A stretch of DNA of 64,000 nt from contig CAWDYW010000003.1 in the NCBI GenBank assembly GCA_963806855.1, positions 576,001 through 640,000 on the forward strand. The letters are read 5' to 3'. Position 1 is the first letter of the stretch. Every line of letters begins with the position of its first letter. The translations under genes and the position numbers were made by a program. The DNA comes from an uncultured Verrucomicrobiae bacterium (lineage in GTDB: Bacteria; Chlamydiota; Chlamydiia; Chlamydiales; Rhabdochlamydiaceae). Of this stretch, positions 1-12,844 are shown piece by piece. The notes under the pieces were generated by a model that was not told the origin of the DNA, did no database searches, and worked only from the letters and a program-made list of their open reading frames with translations.

Positions 1-26
1 ACACCCTTTCTAAACCTGAACAGAAA

Positions 27-1487
27 TTGCGCTCTGCACTCGACAGCATGCGCCAAATTCTCTCATCTGAGAGCACCCCGATCTTTAAAGATTTTTGGGA
101 AGCAAAACGCGTTTGTCTTGAGCTTTTTAAGGAAAAGATACCTCCTCATGTCCGGACCCTTTATTGGAACGAATATGTTGAGCTCTCTGATGCGATCCGG
201 TCAGTGAAGGCTCTTTTGGATGAGCAATCCTCCTTTGCTGAAGAGCAAATCGATTTAGCAGTCGGCGCGGTCGAGAAAGATCTAGAGAATTCTGAATCGA
301 CTTTGAATGAAATGGGCGGAATTGAACTGCCTGCGGAATCGAAGTTTTTGCAACAAAATGGTGCCAAATATATTCGTCTGCAGAAAGAACTCGACCTCTA
401 TAACACATTTGCCGGCCGGTTAAACGGATTGCGCAAAGAGCTGATGCAGACCGAGATGAGAATTCGCAACAAGAATAAGCTCTTCCAGAAACTGAGCAAA
501 CTCGGCGATTTGGTGTTCCCGAAGCGAAAAGAGGGGATTAAAGTCCTATCAGACCTTTTTGTCGCCGATGTTGAGCGGTTTGTTGCAGGATTTAACTCTG
601 CCAAAGGCCCCTACTTTAATTTGAAAGATGAGATCAAGGCGCTCCAAAAATTTGCCAAGCAACTTACGCTTGGGACAGCGGCATTCAATCAGACTCGTGA
701 AAACTTAAGCAGCTGCTGGGATCAGATTAAGGACAAAGAGGCGCTTCATCGGGAGCAGCGGGCTGAGGAAAAGGAACGGTTTAAGCAGAACTTTGTGGAA
801 TTTGCCCCCAAAATCGAGACATTTAAAGGGGAGTGTGCCGAATTTAAGCTTTCTTCTTCTGGAGCCGATGCGAAGATCGAAGAGCTGGTCGCAGAGATGA
901 AAGCGCTTGGGTTTGGCAATGATGAGATCAAAGGGATAAAGAAACAGCTATTCGAAGCGAAAAAAGTCCTCGAAGAGAAAGAAAAGGAAGATCGGAAAAA
1001 AGCAGCTGTTGCAGAAGAGTTTGAGAAGCAGCGACAAGCCAAGACCTATTTGAACCTGCTCGATTCGATTCAAGAAGTGCTCGATCAAGCCGATGCCCTG
1101 CCGCTGAATACCCTTGTCGAAAAATGGGAAGCTTTCTTAAAAGAAGAAAAGACCCTGAAGGTTTCGGGGATGGAGCGAGCGGTGCTTGAAAATCGTCTTG
1201 GAAGCATTGCCGACTCTATACAGGAAAAGAAATGGAAGAGTGCGCTTGAGGGTAGCCCTGAAGAGCTGGTCTCTTCCTTGAATGTGCTTTTAAGCGAGAG
1301 GCATAAAGAGAAGCGGAAGTTAAAAGAAGCGCTAGAGGCCCATCGAAAAATCGTCGGGGGCTCGGGCCTTAGCTTTGAACAATCTCTGCAGTATCAAGAG
1401 CTTCTCAGAGAAGAAAAAATACGCCTCGATACCATTGAGACAATGGTGGAAGAAATCGAGGAAAAACTATTTGATTTAGAGGGTTAG
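27..1487 (+). CDS. Conserved chlamydial coiled-coil hypothetical protein (CT768-like); probably 5'-truncated by the window edge
   Basis: Long E/K/L-rich helical ORF upstream of the rsfS-fabF-NUDIX block, as in Chlamydia; the TTG start near the edge is uncertain. Confidence 0.65.
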   Translation: MRSALDSMRQILSSESTPIFKDFWEAKRVCLELFKEKIPPHVRTLYWNEYVELSDAIRSVKALLDEQSSFAEEQIDLAVGAVEKDLENSESTLNEMGGIELPAESKFLQQNGAKYIRLQKELDLYNTFAGRLNGLRKELMQTEMRIRNKNKLFQKLSKLGDLVFPKRKEGIKVLSDLFVADVERFVAGFNSAKGPYFNLKDEIKALQKFAKQLTLGTAAFNQTRENLSSCWDQIKDKEALHREQRAEEKERFKQNFVEFAPKIETFKGECAEFKLSSSGADAKIEELVAEMKALGFGNDEIKGIKKQLFEAKKVLEEKEKEDRKKAAVAEEFEKQRQAKTYLNLLDSIQEVLDQADALPLNTLVEKWEAFLKEEKTLKVSGMERAVLENRLGSIADSIQEKKWKSALEGSPEELVSSLNVLLSERHKEKRKLKEALEAHRKIVGGSGLSFEQSLQYQELLREEKIRLDTIETMVEEIEEKLFDLEG

Positions 1488-2128
1488 TGGAACTCAGTGC
1501 ATTTGATTTAGATCACACGTTAATCCAGGGAAATGCCGGATCCCATTTTTGCCGTTTTCTCTATCGGCATAAGGCACTCCCATTTTCGGTTCTCATTCAC
1601 TCGGTGATTTATAAAATTCGACACCGTTTTTTTGGGATGTCGCTCTCAGAGCTTCACCACAGCATTTTTAATAAAATTCTCAGAGGGAAACCTTTTGAGC
1701 AACTCGAAAAATATATCGATAAATTTGTCCACGAAATGGTCAACCGCTCGCTTTATCTTCCTGCATTTGCTAGGCTGAAAAGAGCCCAGCAGCTCGGCCA
1801 CTACACGATGATCCTATCCAATTCCCCCAGCTTTTTAGTGGGCCGTTTTGCCAAAGCCCTCGGAGTCAACGCCTATTATGCAACCGAATATGGCCTCGAT
1901 GAGCGAAATTGCTTCGCCAAGATCAAGCGGATCCTCGAAGGAAAAGATAAGGCAAAGCACATCCTCAAAATCGCCAAAAAATTGGGGATCTTCCTTGAGC
2001 AAATCACAGCCTATTCCGATAGCGTCCTCGATTTAGAATTTCTACAAGTCGCCGGTAAACCCATTGCCGTCAACCCCGATAAAAAGCTGAGAGCGATTTC
2101 GATCAAAAATCAGTGGAGCATTATTTGA
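1487..2128 (+). CDS. HAD-IB family hydrolase
   Basis: Motif I FDLDHTL, motif II LSNS, motif IV AYSDSVLD, C-terminal AVNPD. Confidence 0.85.
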   Translation: MELSAFDLDHTLIQGNAGSHFCRFLYRHKALPFSVLIHSVIYKIRHRFFGMSLSELHHSIFNKILRGKPFEQLEKYIDKFVHEMVNRSLYLPAFARLKRAQQLGHYTMILSNSPSFLVGRFAKALGVNAYYATEYGLDERNCFAKIKRILEGKDKAKHILKIAKKLGIFLEQITAYSDSVLDLEFLQVAGKPIAVNPDKKLRAISIKNQWSII

Positions 2129-2712
2129 AACATTGGGGTTTTTTTGGTGGGACATTCGATCCTATCCATTTTGGACACCTCAATCTCGCTATTAACCTTC
2201 TTGAAATCCATAACCTCGATCATATCTTCTTTTCGCCGGCCAATTTTTCTCCAACGAAAGAGGAGAGCCTGCCGACAGCCACCGCCAAAGAGCGGTTAGA
2301 GATGACAAAGCTGGCGCTCGAAGGGATGCCCAATTGCTCCCTCCTCCATTTAGAGCTGGATCGAGAGGGCCCCTCTTATACAATCGACACGATAAAAGAG
2401 CTGCTCCGCCTACATTCAGGCGTCCAATTTCACCTGATCCTCGGAGAAGATGTTTTAGAGGGATTGCCAAGATGGAAACAGGTCGAAGAGCTGCTGACAC
2501 TCGCCCCCCCCTTCACCGGGACTCGTCCGGGGGCAAAATTGCCCGAGCTTCCCCTTCCGATCCGCAAATGGGTCGACCAGGGGAAAACCGATATTCCCTC
2601 TATGGAGATCAGCAGCACCGAACTTCGGCAAAGACTGATTCAAAAAAAATATTGCGGCCATCTAATTCCTGCCAAAGTTCTCGACTACATTCATGCTCAT
2701 AGGTTATACTGA
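2113..2712 (+). CDS. nadD: Nicotinate-nucleotide adenylyltransferase
   Basis: GGTFDPIHFGH (HxGH), SYTIDT, LGED, ISSTELRQR. Confidence 0.95.
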   Translation: MEHYLKHWGFFGGTFDPIHFGHLNLAINLLEIHNLDHIFFSPANFSPTKEESLPTATAKERLEMTKLALEGMPNCSLLHLELDREGPSYTIDTIKELLRLHSGVQFHLILGEDVLEGLPRWKQVEELLTLAPPFTGTRPGAKLPELPLPIRKWVDQGKTDIPSMEISSTELRQRLIQKKYCGHLIPAKVLDYIHAHRLY

Positions 2713-2718
2713 TCGTTT

Positions 2719-3075
2719 ATGTCAGAAAATCAAACTAAATTTTTAACAACTGTTGCCCAAACCATTTATGATAAAAAGGGGATGAACATCCTCGCCATCG
2801 ATGTGCGCGGGATCTCAAGCCTCACCGATTACGTCCTCATCGCCGAGGGGAGTGTCGATCGGCATGTGACCGCTATTGGCCACGCCGTGATCGATGCCCT
2901 AAAAAAAGAGGGGGAAAGGCCCTTCCAAGTCGAAGGGCTGGAGAGCGGAGATTGGGTGGTCATCGATTATCTCCAATACATGGTCCATATCTTTATGCCT
3001 GGCTTACGTGAAAAGTACCGTCTCGAAGAGCTTTTCCGGGATGGGAAAATTATCGATCTTCAAATAAAAATTTGA
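2719..3075 (+). CDS. rsfS: Ribosome silencing factor (Iojap/RsfS)
   Basis: DKKG..I.AIDV, WVVIDY...VHIF...REKYRLEELF; follows nadD. Confidence 0.95.
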   Translation: MSENQTKFLTTVAQTIYDKKGMNILAIDVRGISSLTDYVLIAEGSVDRHVTAIGHAVIDALKKEGERPFQVEGLESGDWVVIDYLQYMVHIFMPGLREKYRLEELFRDGKIIDLQIKI

Positions 3076-3089
3076 AAAAACTTGAAACT

Positions 3090-3118
3090 TTGCATTTTTT
3101 TGGAAAATAGGCTATAAT
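3090..3118 (+). promoter_or_regulatory. Sigma66/70-type promoter of fabF
   Basis: TTGCAT(3090-3095)-17 nt-TATAAT(3113-3118), 9 nt before the ATG. Confidence 0.6.
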
Positions 3119-3127
3119 GGTGTCCCT

Positions 3128-4378
3128 ATGGATAAAAAGAAACGTATTGTTGTTACTGGTATGGGACTCGTCTCATGCTTTGGTTCTGATCTAGACCGCT
3201 TCTATCAGTGTTTACTGGAAGGCAAGAGCGGGATCCGCCCCATTGATACCTTCCCAGTAGAGGAGTACCCTACCCGTTTTGCCGGTTTGGTCACTGACTT
3301 CAGTGTCGACGAATATATGGACAAGAAGCAGGCGCGCCGCGTCGATCCCTATGTCCAATACACGATGGTTGCAGGCAAGCGAGCCCTGGAGCATGCGGGC
3401 CTAAAGTCTCTAGATAAACTCGATAAAAATAAATGTGGAATTCTGATCGGCTCTGGAATGGGCGGGATGTCGGTCTTTTACGACGGTGTTCAAACAGTTC
3501 TAGAAAAGGGATTTAAACGGCTGACTCCCTTCTTCGTCCCTTATATCATCACCAATATGGGGGGAGCTCTCCTCGCAATTGACACCGGGTTCATGGGGCC
3601 CAATTATTCTGTCTCGACTGCCTGCGCGACGGCGAACTATTCGATCTATTTAGCCGCAGAGCATATCCGAAAAGGAGTAGCAGATCTGATGGTTTGCGGC
3701 GGTTCGGAAGCGGCGGTCATTCCGATCGGCCTTTCGGGGTTTGTCGCTATTAAAGCCCTCTCGACACGCAACGATGCTCCAGAAAAAGCTTCCCGACCTT
3801 GGGACAAAAACCGCGATGGGTTTGTCATGGGAGAAGGGGCCGGAGTGCTCGTCCTCGAAAGCCTCGAGCATGCCCTTGCACGCGGAGCGACAATCCTCGC
3901 CGAGTATCTCGGTGGAGCGATCTCTTGCGATGCTTATCATATGACCGATCCTCCTCAAGATGGAAGAGGCGTGAGCCTCAGCATCGAAGAGGCGCTGAAA
4001 GATGCCGGAATCCCCAAAGAGCGGGTCAATTACATCAATGCTCATGCGACCTCGACGGTTGCTGGCGATGCTGCCGAGGCGACGGCGATCAAAGCGGCAT
4101 TTAAAGAGCATGCGCCCAAGATCAAGATCAATGCGACCAAATCGATGATCGGCCATTGCCTCGGTGCTGCAGCTGGTATTGAAGCAGTCGCCATGATCCA
4201 ACAGATCCGCAATGGTAAACTCCATCCAACAATCAACCTGGAAGATCCTGAAGATTTTATCCAAGATCTCGATGTGGTGCGCCAAGCCGAAGATCATCAA
4301 ATCGATGTCGCCTTGTCCAATTCATTTGGATTTGGCGGTCATAATTCCGCTGTCCTCTTCGCTCCTTACCGCCCATGA
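3128..4378 (+). CDS. fabF: Beta-ketoacyl-ACP synthase II
   Basis: STACAT catalytic Cys, NAHATST, KSMIGHCLGA, SNSFGFGGHN. Confidence 0.97.
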   Translation: MDKKKRIVVTGMGLVSCFGSDLDRFYQCLLEGKSGIRPIDTFPVEEYPTRFAGLVTDFSVDEYMDKKQARRVDPYVQYTMVAGKRALEHAGLKSLDKLDKNKCGILIGSGMGGMSVFYDGVQTVLEKGFKRLTPFFVPYIITNMGGALLAIDTGFMGPNYSVSTACATANYSIYLAAEHIRKGVADLMVCGGSEAAVIPIGLSGFVAIKALSTRNDAPEKASRPWDKNRDGFVMGEGAGVLVLESLEHALARGATILAEYLGGAISCDAYHMTDPPQDGRGVSLSIEEALKDAGIPKERVNYINAHATSTVAGDAAEATAIKAAFKEHAPKIKINATKSMIGHCLGAAAGIEAVAMIQQIRNGKLHPTINLEDPEDFIQDLDVVRQAEDHQIDVALSNSFGFGGHNSAVLFAPYRP

Positions 4379-4791
4379 TAGAAGAATCTTTTGGCATTAT
4401 CCCACTTCAACCAACCCCAGATGGATGGCGGGTCTTTCTCATTCAGCATAAGGGTGCGAAGCATTGGGGCTTTCCCAAAGGAAAAAGCAATATCGGGGAA
4501 ATTCCCCTTGAAAGCGCCGCTCGTGAACTTTTCGAAGAGACCGGCCTTCACGTCGAAGAGATCTTGCAAGAAGAGCCCTATGTCGAAGAATATACCTTTA
4601 TTCGGCGCGGAAAGCATGTGAGAAAAAAAGTGCTCTATTTTCCAGCTACTGTTTTGGGTGAGCTAAAACTCCAAGAAAATGAGGTTATGGATGGCAAGTG
4701 GGTCCCTTTAATCAATGCCGAAAGGCATCTAACTTTTGAAGAGTCAAAGAAGATTTGTAAAAAACTGGTTTTTTTTCTATCGAAAGACTAA
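4375..4791 (+). CDS. NUDIX hydrolase (asymmetric Ap4A hydrolase-like)
   Basis: Nudix box WGFPKG...GE...SAARELFEETG. Confidence 0.9.
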   Translation: MIEESFGIIPLQPTPDGWRVFLIQHKGAKHWGFPKGKSNIGEIPLESAARELFEETGLHVEEILQEEPYVEEYTFIRRGKHVRKKVLYFPATVLGELKLQENEVMDGKWVPLINAERHLTFEESKKICKKLVFFLSKD

Positions 4792-4817
4792 GATGGTTCT
4801 GAAAAGGGGGTCCTTCT

Positions 4818-5366
4818 ATGGGTTATGCACAAACCAGCTTAGTACAAGATCAAAGTTTTTTGAGAAATCTTTTCATCGTACTTGCGACGAGTGTTCTTTT
4901 TGGGCTTGTTGCTTGGATTTCGATTCCTCTGCCATTTACTCCTATTCCGATTGCTTTCACTGGGCAGTTAATTCTTCTAGCCTCGGTTCTCCTAGGTAAG
5001 AGGGGAGCCTACGCCACATTTGCCTACCTTGCACAAGGGGCGATGGGCCTTCCTGTTTTTTCTAACGGTACGGGCGGAATCGGTTGTTTCCTCGGACCTA
5101 AAGGCGGTTACCTGATCGGTTTTGCCGTAGCCTCCTATGCCGTCGCCCTATTCAGCGAAAGAATGAAAGAGAAGAGCTCTAGCAAAACCTTTGGATTGAT
5201 GCTCGTTGGAAATGCGTTGTTTTATGTCTTCGGCCTACCTCATCTCGCCTTGATCGTAGGGGCTGAAAATGCGCTCCTATTCGGACTTTATCCCTTCATC
5301 GCGACAGATATCCTCAAGTTGATCTTGGCCCAAAGAGCCTTGAAAGCCTTGAAGTATTTTGGGTAA
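4818..5366 (+). CDS. bioY: Biotin transporter S-component
   Basis: PFTPIP, YLAQGAMGLPVFS, GPKGGYLIGF. Confidence 0.93.
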   Translation: MGYAQTSLVQDQSFLRNLFIVLATSVLFGLVAWISIPLPFTPIPIAFTGQLILLASVLLGKRGAYATFAYLAQGAMGLPVFSNGTGGIGCFLGPKGGYLIGFAVASYAVALFSERMKEKSSSKTFGLMLVGNALFYVFGLPHLALIVGAENALLFGLYPFIATDILKLILAQRALKALKYFG

Positions 5367-5367
5367 A

Positions 5368-5459
5368 TATACCCCGACTCGCCCAAACGTGTGAATGTGG
5401 ACCGCGCCAAAGCCTCGGGGTATAAGCGCAAAGACGCAAAACTAGATTTTTTGCGTCTT
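5368..5459. repeat. Two adjacent short palindromic elements
   Basis: tataccccga(5368-5377)/tcggggtata(5415-5424) inverted pair, then hairpin aagacgcaaaa...ttttgcgtctt(5431-5459). Confidence 0.6.
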
Positions 5460-5687
5460 GGCTTTCGGAGTCCCTTTAAAGACTATGCCGGCTTTCCTAT
5501 CTTCAGCAGGATTGACAGACCCTTTTGTATACCCTTCAATTTTTGCTCCGCCGCGAGCTAGGACCGCTCTTTGTACTACAGCTTTCGTGTCATTGACATT
5601 GGTTTTCAATTCGGGTGAGATTCTTTTGCTTGGCTCGGGGCCTCTTGCTTCTGAACCTCTTCCTGGTGTTACTCCTCGAATTCCCAT
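5442..5687 (-). CDS. Small basic hypothetical protein
   Basis: 81-aa ORF with an AGGAG ribosome-binding site just upstream. Confidence 0.45.
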   Translation of the reverse strand: MGIRGVTPGRGSEARGPEPSKRISPELKTNVNDTKAVVQRAVLARGGAKIEGYTKGSVNPAEDRKAGIVFKGTPKAKTQKI

Positions 5688-5773
5688 AGTGCATCTCCTT
5701 GTGATGTGCTAATAAACCTGATCATCAATATCAGGATATTTTTATACAATCAAAAAATTTACTTTATGAAAAA

Positions 5774-5965
5774 TTAATGTTTCTTCTTTCCCTTTTTGCT
5801 TTCTGAACGTAGTAGAAGGGCAATTTGTTCAATTCGATTGCCGATACTGAGGCTTGTTTTTTTTCCTTTCTCTTTTGTGTGCTGGGTAGCCGTGCGGAGC
5901 ATCTGAGCGGTTTGCTCGACCATCGCACTTAGTGAAAAGGGCTTTCTCTTTTTTGATTTTGTCAT
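5774..5965 (-). CDS. Small Lys-rich hypothetical protein
   Basis: 63-aa highly basic ORF with an internal repeat (EQTAQMLRT / EQIALLLRS). Confidence 0.45.
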   Translation of the reverse strand: MTKSKKRKPFSLSAMVEQTAQMLRTATQHTKEKGKKTSLSIGNRIEQIALLLRSESKKGKKKH

Positions 5966-6024
5966 ATCTCTTTCACTTATTCTGTTATAGAAAATAAGTC
6001 AAATCATGAGGTAAAATTAGGGGT

Positions 6025-8676
6025 ATGAAAGACTTGTATTTATACCCCCTCTATTGGTTCACCCGTTTTATTTTTTGGCTCCGTTATCGAATTGAAGTTG
6101 TAGGACTCGATAAAATTGTAGAGTCGAAGAAGAAGGGAATCTTATTTTTGCCCAATCACCCTGCATTAATTGATCCGGTGATGGTCCTTTTTGTGCTTTG
6201 GCCAAAGTTTCGACCAAGACCACTGGCTCTAGAAGAATATTATCAGAGCTTTAAAAGGTTGCTCGACGCTGTCCATGTGGTCGCTATCCCTTCGATGGAT
6301 ACGACGAATAGATGGAAGGCTCTCCAGATTGAAAAAGCTAAGCTTAAGATTGCTGACGCTTTAGAGGCCGGGGATAACTTTATGATTTATCCCTCAGGGC
6401 GTCTAAAGCGAGAGGCTGAGGAGCGGATCGGGGGCGCCTCATTTGTCTTCGATCTTTTACGGATGAGACCCGATAATAACGTTGTACTGGTCCGAACTAC
6501 GGGGCTTTGGGGCAGCTCGTTTTCCTGCGCTCCTTCTAAGGAAAGTCCTAGCTTGGAAAAGATGCTTTTTGAAGGGGCTAAGGCTCTGCTCAAAAATGGG
6601 ATCTTTTTTGCCCCTCGCCGCAAGGTGACGATCGAGCTGGAGTTGGCACCAGAGAGTTTCCCTCGAGGCGACAATAAGATGGCTCTCAATAATTGGCTTG
6701 AAGATTGGTACAACAAAAATGGGCCTGAGAAAGAGGTCTATCTTTCTTCTCTTTTTTGGAAACAACAACTGCCCGAGATTAAAGAGGTAAAAGAGGTAAG
6801 AGTAAGCCCCATTTCGACGAATGAAAAAAAGAGACAAGACATTTTAAACTTTTTAGCCGAAAAAACCAATCGACAAGCCTCCGATCTAAAACCAAATATG
6901 CACCTTTCGAACGATCTGGGGCTTGATTCACTCGACATTGGGCAGCTCAATGTCTTCTTAGAAGAACGATTCGATATTACCCCTCCGGAACAGGGACAGC
7001 TCCAGACGATAAATGATCTTTTCATCGCGGCTGAAGGGAAAAAAGAGGAGGAGGTCCAGGGCGCATTAGAGAAAAAATCGAGATGGCCTGAAGAGAACGG
7101 GCGCTTAAACTCTCAAATCCCAGATGGGACGACGATCCAAGAGGTGTTTTTAAAGTCATGCGACCGGATGAAGGGAGCAGTTGCTTGCGGAGATAGAGTA
7201 TCGGGGGTTCTGACCTACAAGAGACTCAAGATGGGAGCGCTGATTCTCTCGATGAAGATCAAGGAGCTGCCCGGTGACAAAATTGGGATTTTGCTTCCCT
7301 CATCGGTAGGGGCGTATCTCTCGATTCTGGCGACGCTGCTCGCAGGCAAAACTCCGGTGATGCTCAACTGGACGACCGGTTTTAAAAATCTCGAATACGC
7401 AGTCGAACTTTGCGGGATTAAGACGATCCTGAGCTCCTATAAGTTTTTAAGCAGAGCTGACAATGTCGATTTGGGCAAGACAGCCGATTTGCTCGTCCTC
7501 TTGGAGGAGCTGCGTACAAAGATTTCGCTTAGAGAAAAGCTGATGGGGCTTTTGTGGAGTTTTCAGTCGGCGGCTAAGCTATTGAAGAAGCTCAATCTTA
7601 AAACAAAGGAAGAGGATCCAGGTGTGATCATCTTCACAAGCGGAACGGAGACATTGCCAAAAGGGGTACCCTTAAGCCATCGGAATCTGTTATCGAATCA
7701 AAGAGCGGCTCTTGAGCGGGTCGAGGTCACACCAGATGATGTATTCTATGCGGTTCTTCCTCCCTTCCATTCCTTTGGTTTTTCTGTCACAGGGATGTTG
7801 ACGTTGCTGGCCGGGATCAAAACCTGTTATGCTCCCGATCCTACCAAAAGCCGCTCCATGGCAAGCGATATCTCCGAGTGGAGGGCGACGATTTTTTGCT
7901 GTGCACCTAGCTTTATCAAGGCCGTTTTGCATGTTGCCAAAGATGAGCAGTTAAAAAGCTTGCGCCTCGTTGTCTCAGGAGCAGAGAGGGCGCCGCAAGA
8001 GCTTTTCGATAACGTGCGAAAAAGAGGAATGGTTCCATTAGAAGGGTATGGAATTTCTGAGTGCAGCCCCGTTGTGACGACCGATATCATCGGGAAACCG
8101 CATAAAGGGGTCGGCTATCCGATCACTCAAGTGGAGCTATGCGTCATCAACCCTGAAAATGGGACTCGATTGCCGCAAGGCCAAGAGGGGGAGATTTGCA
8201 TTAGCGGGCCAAACGTTTTCAATGGCTACTTAGGCATCAAAAAAGATCCCTTTATCACAATAGAGGGGAAGCGATGGTACCGTTCAGGAGACCGGGGATA
8301 TCTAGAATCCGATGGGGCGCTGATTTTGACCGGCAGAATGACTCGCTTTTTCAAAGTTGGCGGAGAAATGGTCAGCCTTGGCGGACTGGAACAGGATCTG
8401 CTCGAGATCTGTCATCAGAAAGGCTGGCTGCCCAGAGCAGCTGAATTGCCGCAACTCGCCGCCGCTGTGAAAGATCGAGAAGGGGAAAAACCGCTTATTG
8501 TCCTATTTGCAATCGCTGAGCTCAATCGAGATGAGCTCAATCGGGCTCTCAGGGATTTGGGACACGGCGCCATTGTGAAGGTTTCTGAAGTGCGCAAGAT
8601 CGATGCCATTCCTGTGACGGCGACAGGGAAAGTGCAATACCATGCTTTGGATGAGATGATCAAAAATGGGCCTTAG
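6025..8676 (+). CDS. aas: Aas-like protein: acyltransferase, acyl-carrier and AMP-binding acyl ligase domains
   Basis: PlsC motif NHPALID; carrier motif DLGLDSL; AMP-binding FTSGTETLPKG, GYGISE, WYRSGD, TGK. Confidence 0.85.
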   Translation: MKDLYLYPLYWFTRFIFWLRYRIEVVGLDKIVESKKKGILFLPNHPALIDPVMVLFVLWPKFRPRPLALEEYYQSFKRLLDAVHVVAIPSMDTTNRWKALQIEKAKLKIADALEAGDNFMIYPSGRLKREAEERIGGASFVFDLLRMRPDNNVVLVRTTGLWGSSFSCAPSKESPSLEKMLFEGAKALLKNGIFFAPRRKVTIELELAPESFPRGDNKMALNNWLEDWYNKNGPEKEVYLSSLFWKQQLPEIKEVKEVRVSPISTNEKKRQDILNFLAEKTNRQASDLKPNMHLSNDLGLDSLDIGQLNVFLEERFDITPPEQGQLQTINDLFIAAEGKKEEEVQGALEKKSRWPEENGRLNSQIPDGTTIQEVFLKSCDRMKGAVACGDRVSGVLTYKRLKMGALILSMKIKELPGDKIGILLPSSVGAYLSILATLLAGKTPVMLNWTTGFKNLEYAVELCGIKTILSSYKFLSRADNVDLGKTADLLVLLEELRTKISLREKLMGLLWSFQSAAKLLKKLNLKTKEEDPGVIIFTSGTETLPKGVPLSHRNLLSNQRAALERVEVTPDDVFYAVLPPFHSFGFSVTGMLTLLAGIKTCYAPDPTKSRSMASDISEWRATIFCCAPSFIKAVLHVAKDEQLKSLRLVVSGAERAPQELFDNVRKRGMVPLEGYGISECSPVVTTDIIGKPHKGVGYPITQVELCVINPENGTRLPQGQEGEICISGPNVFNGYLGIKKDPFITIEGKRWYRSGDRGYLESDGALILTGRMTRFFKVGGEMVSLGGLEQDLLEICHQKGWLPRAAELPQLAAAVKDREGEKPLIVLFAIAELNRDELNRALRDLGHGAIVKVSEVRKIDAIPVTATGKVQYHALDEMIKNGP

Positions 8677-8735
8677 GCACAAAATCGATCAGATTCCCTT
8701 GACTGGGACGGGCAAAGTTCAGTATCGTATATTGG

Positions 8736-10159
8736 ATGAGACTATATAACACTGAAACACGTCAAAAAGAGGATATTGTCCCAATCAAGGACAAACAAAT
8801 CCGGCTATACACTTGTGGCCCAACGGTTTACAACTATGCCCATATCGGCAATTTCCGCACCTACGTCTTCGAAGATCTGCTCCGCCGCACCCTCAAATAT
8901 TTTGGATTTCAAGTGATCCAAGTCCAAAACATCACCGACATCGATGATAAAACCCTCGCGGGCGCACTCCACGAAAAGAAAAAGTTGAGAGAATACACCG
9001 ACCCCTATGCTCAAGCTTTTTTCGATGACCTCCATACACTCCACATTGAACCGGCCGAGCACTACCCCCATGCGACCGATTATATCCCCCAAATGATCGA
9101 GCTGATCCAAAAATTGATCGACAAAGGGCTCGCCTACCGCGGGGCAGATGAGAGCATCTACTATTCGATCCAAAAGTTCCCCCGTTATGGCCGCCTTTCT
9201 CATCTCAATATGGATGAGCTGAGGGCGGGAGCCTCTCGCCGAGTCGGAACCGATGAATATGACAAAGAAAATGTCTGCCGATTTCGTCCTCTGGAAAGCC
9301 TACGACTATCAGCGAGACGGGCAGATCTTTTGGGAGAGCCCCTTTGGCAAAGGGCGGCCCGGCTGGCATATCGAATGCTCCGCCATGGCCATGAGCCTGC
9401 TCGGCGAGACAATCGATATCCACGTCGGCGGCGTCGACAACATGTTTCCCCACCATGAAAATGAAATCGCCCAATCGGAAGGGTGCACCGGCAAAATGTT
9501 TTGTCAAACATTGGCTCCATGCTGAGCACCTGCTCGTCGATCACAGAAAAATGTCTAAAAGCCTCGGCAATTTCTACACCCTGCGTGACCTGCTCAAAAA
9601 AGGGTATACAGGGACAGAGGTGCGGATGCTCCTCCTCAGCGCCCACTACCGAACCCAGCTCAACTTCACCATGGAAGGGCTCGACGCCGCTCGGACTACC
9701 CTTGAGCGACTGGCCGATTTTGTAGATAGGCTAAAAGCGATCACCCAGAAGGATGCAGGAGGAGAGATAGAGCCTCTGATTGCCACTACGCGCCAGTCCT
9801 TCAAAGATGCGCTCGCCGACGACCTCAATATCTCCCAAGCCTTCGCCGCCCTTTTCGAGTTTGTCCGCAAAGTCAACCAGCTCTGCGACAGCAATAAAGT
9901 AGGTGGTGAAGAGGCGAAAAAAGCCCTTGCATTTTTGAAAGAGCTCGACCAGGTGCTCGCCATCATTCCCTTTAAGAGAAAAGAGCTTGAGATACCCGAG
10001 GAATTGGTCAAAGCCCTAGAGCAAAGAGAACAAGCCCGCCTAACTAAAAACTGGGCCGAAGCCGACAAGCAGCGGGCGATCATCACTGCTGCAGGCTATC
10101 TGATCGAAGACACCCCCTCTGGCTCCCGTCTGAAAAAAAATGAATCAAAAAAAGACTAG
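8736..10159 (+). CDS. cysS: Cysteinyl-tRNA synthetase (two frameshifts near 9275 and 9500, probably sequencing errors)
   Basis: [39 protein letters not shown] spread over three overlapping ORFs. Confidence 0.95.
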
Positions 10160-10391
10160 CAAAGAAGAACTTTACCTTTCCAAACTCTATGAGTTTGCCT
10201 CTGCAAAGGGGAATCCACAAGCCGAAGTCGACCGATATAAGGTGGGCGAAGCCAATGGAGTGAATAATAAAGCGATCGATAACATCGTACAGGTTCTGAC
10301 CAAAAACGGCCTAATCTGGAAGAGCGATGAGAAAATGATCCATCTGACCGATTTCGGGCTTAGATTCGTAAAAGAAAATTTACTGTCTTGA
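10140..10391 (+). CDS. Small hypothetical protein (possible winged-helix)
   Basis: 83-aa ORF overlapping the end of cysS; LTKNGLIWK...IHLTDFG resembles a wHTH wing. Confidence 0.55.
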   Translation: MNQKKTSKEELYLSKLYEFASAKGNPQAEVDRYKVGEANGVNNKAIDNIVQVLTKNGLIWKSDEKMIHLTDFGLRFVKENLLS

Positions 10392-10429
10392 ATTTTCATC
10401 ATCATAGACATTATAGTTGTATAAACTAG

Positions 10430-12732
<2,303 letters not shown>

Positions 12733-12762
12733 TTAAACGCAAAGATGCTTTAGTTGAGGTTT

Positions 12763-12840
12763 TTTTCAACGCAAAGACGCAGGAAAAAGAAAAAATATTT
12801 TTTTTTGCGTCTTTGCGCCTTTGCGTCTTCGCGTTGAAAA
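12763..12840. repeat. REP-like hairpin built from 8-bp TTTGCGYC units between convergent genes; likely bidirectional terminator
   Basis: ttttcaacgcaaagacgca ... tgcgtcttcgcgttgaaaa; three tandem TTTGCG(T/C)C units; same motif at 5431-5459. Confidence 0.65.
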
Positions 12841-12844
12841 TGTC

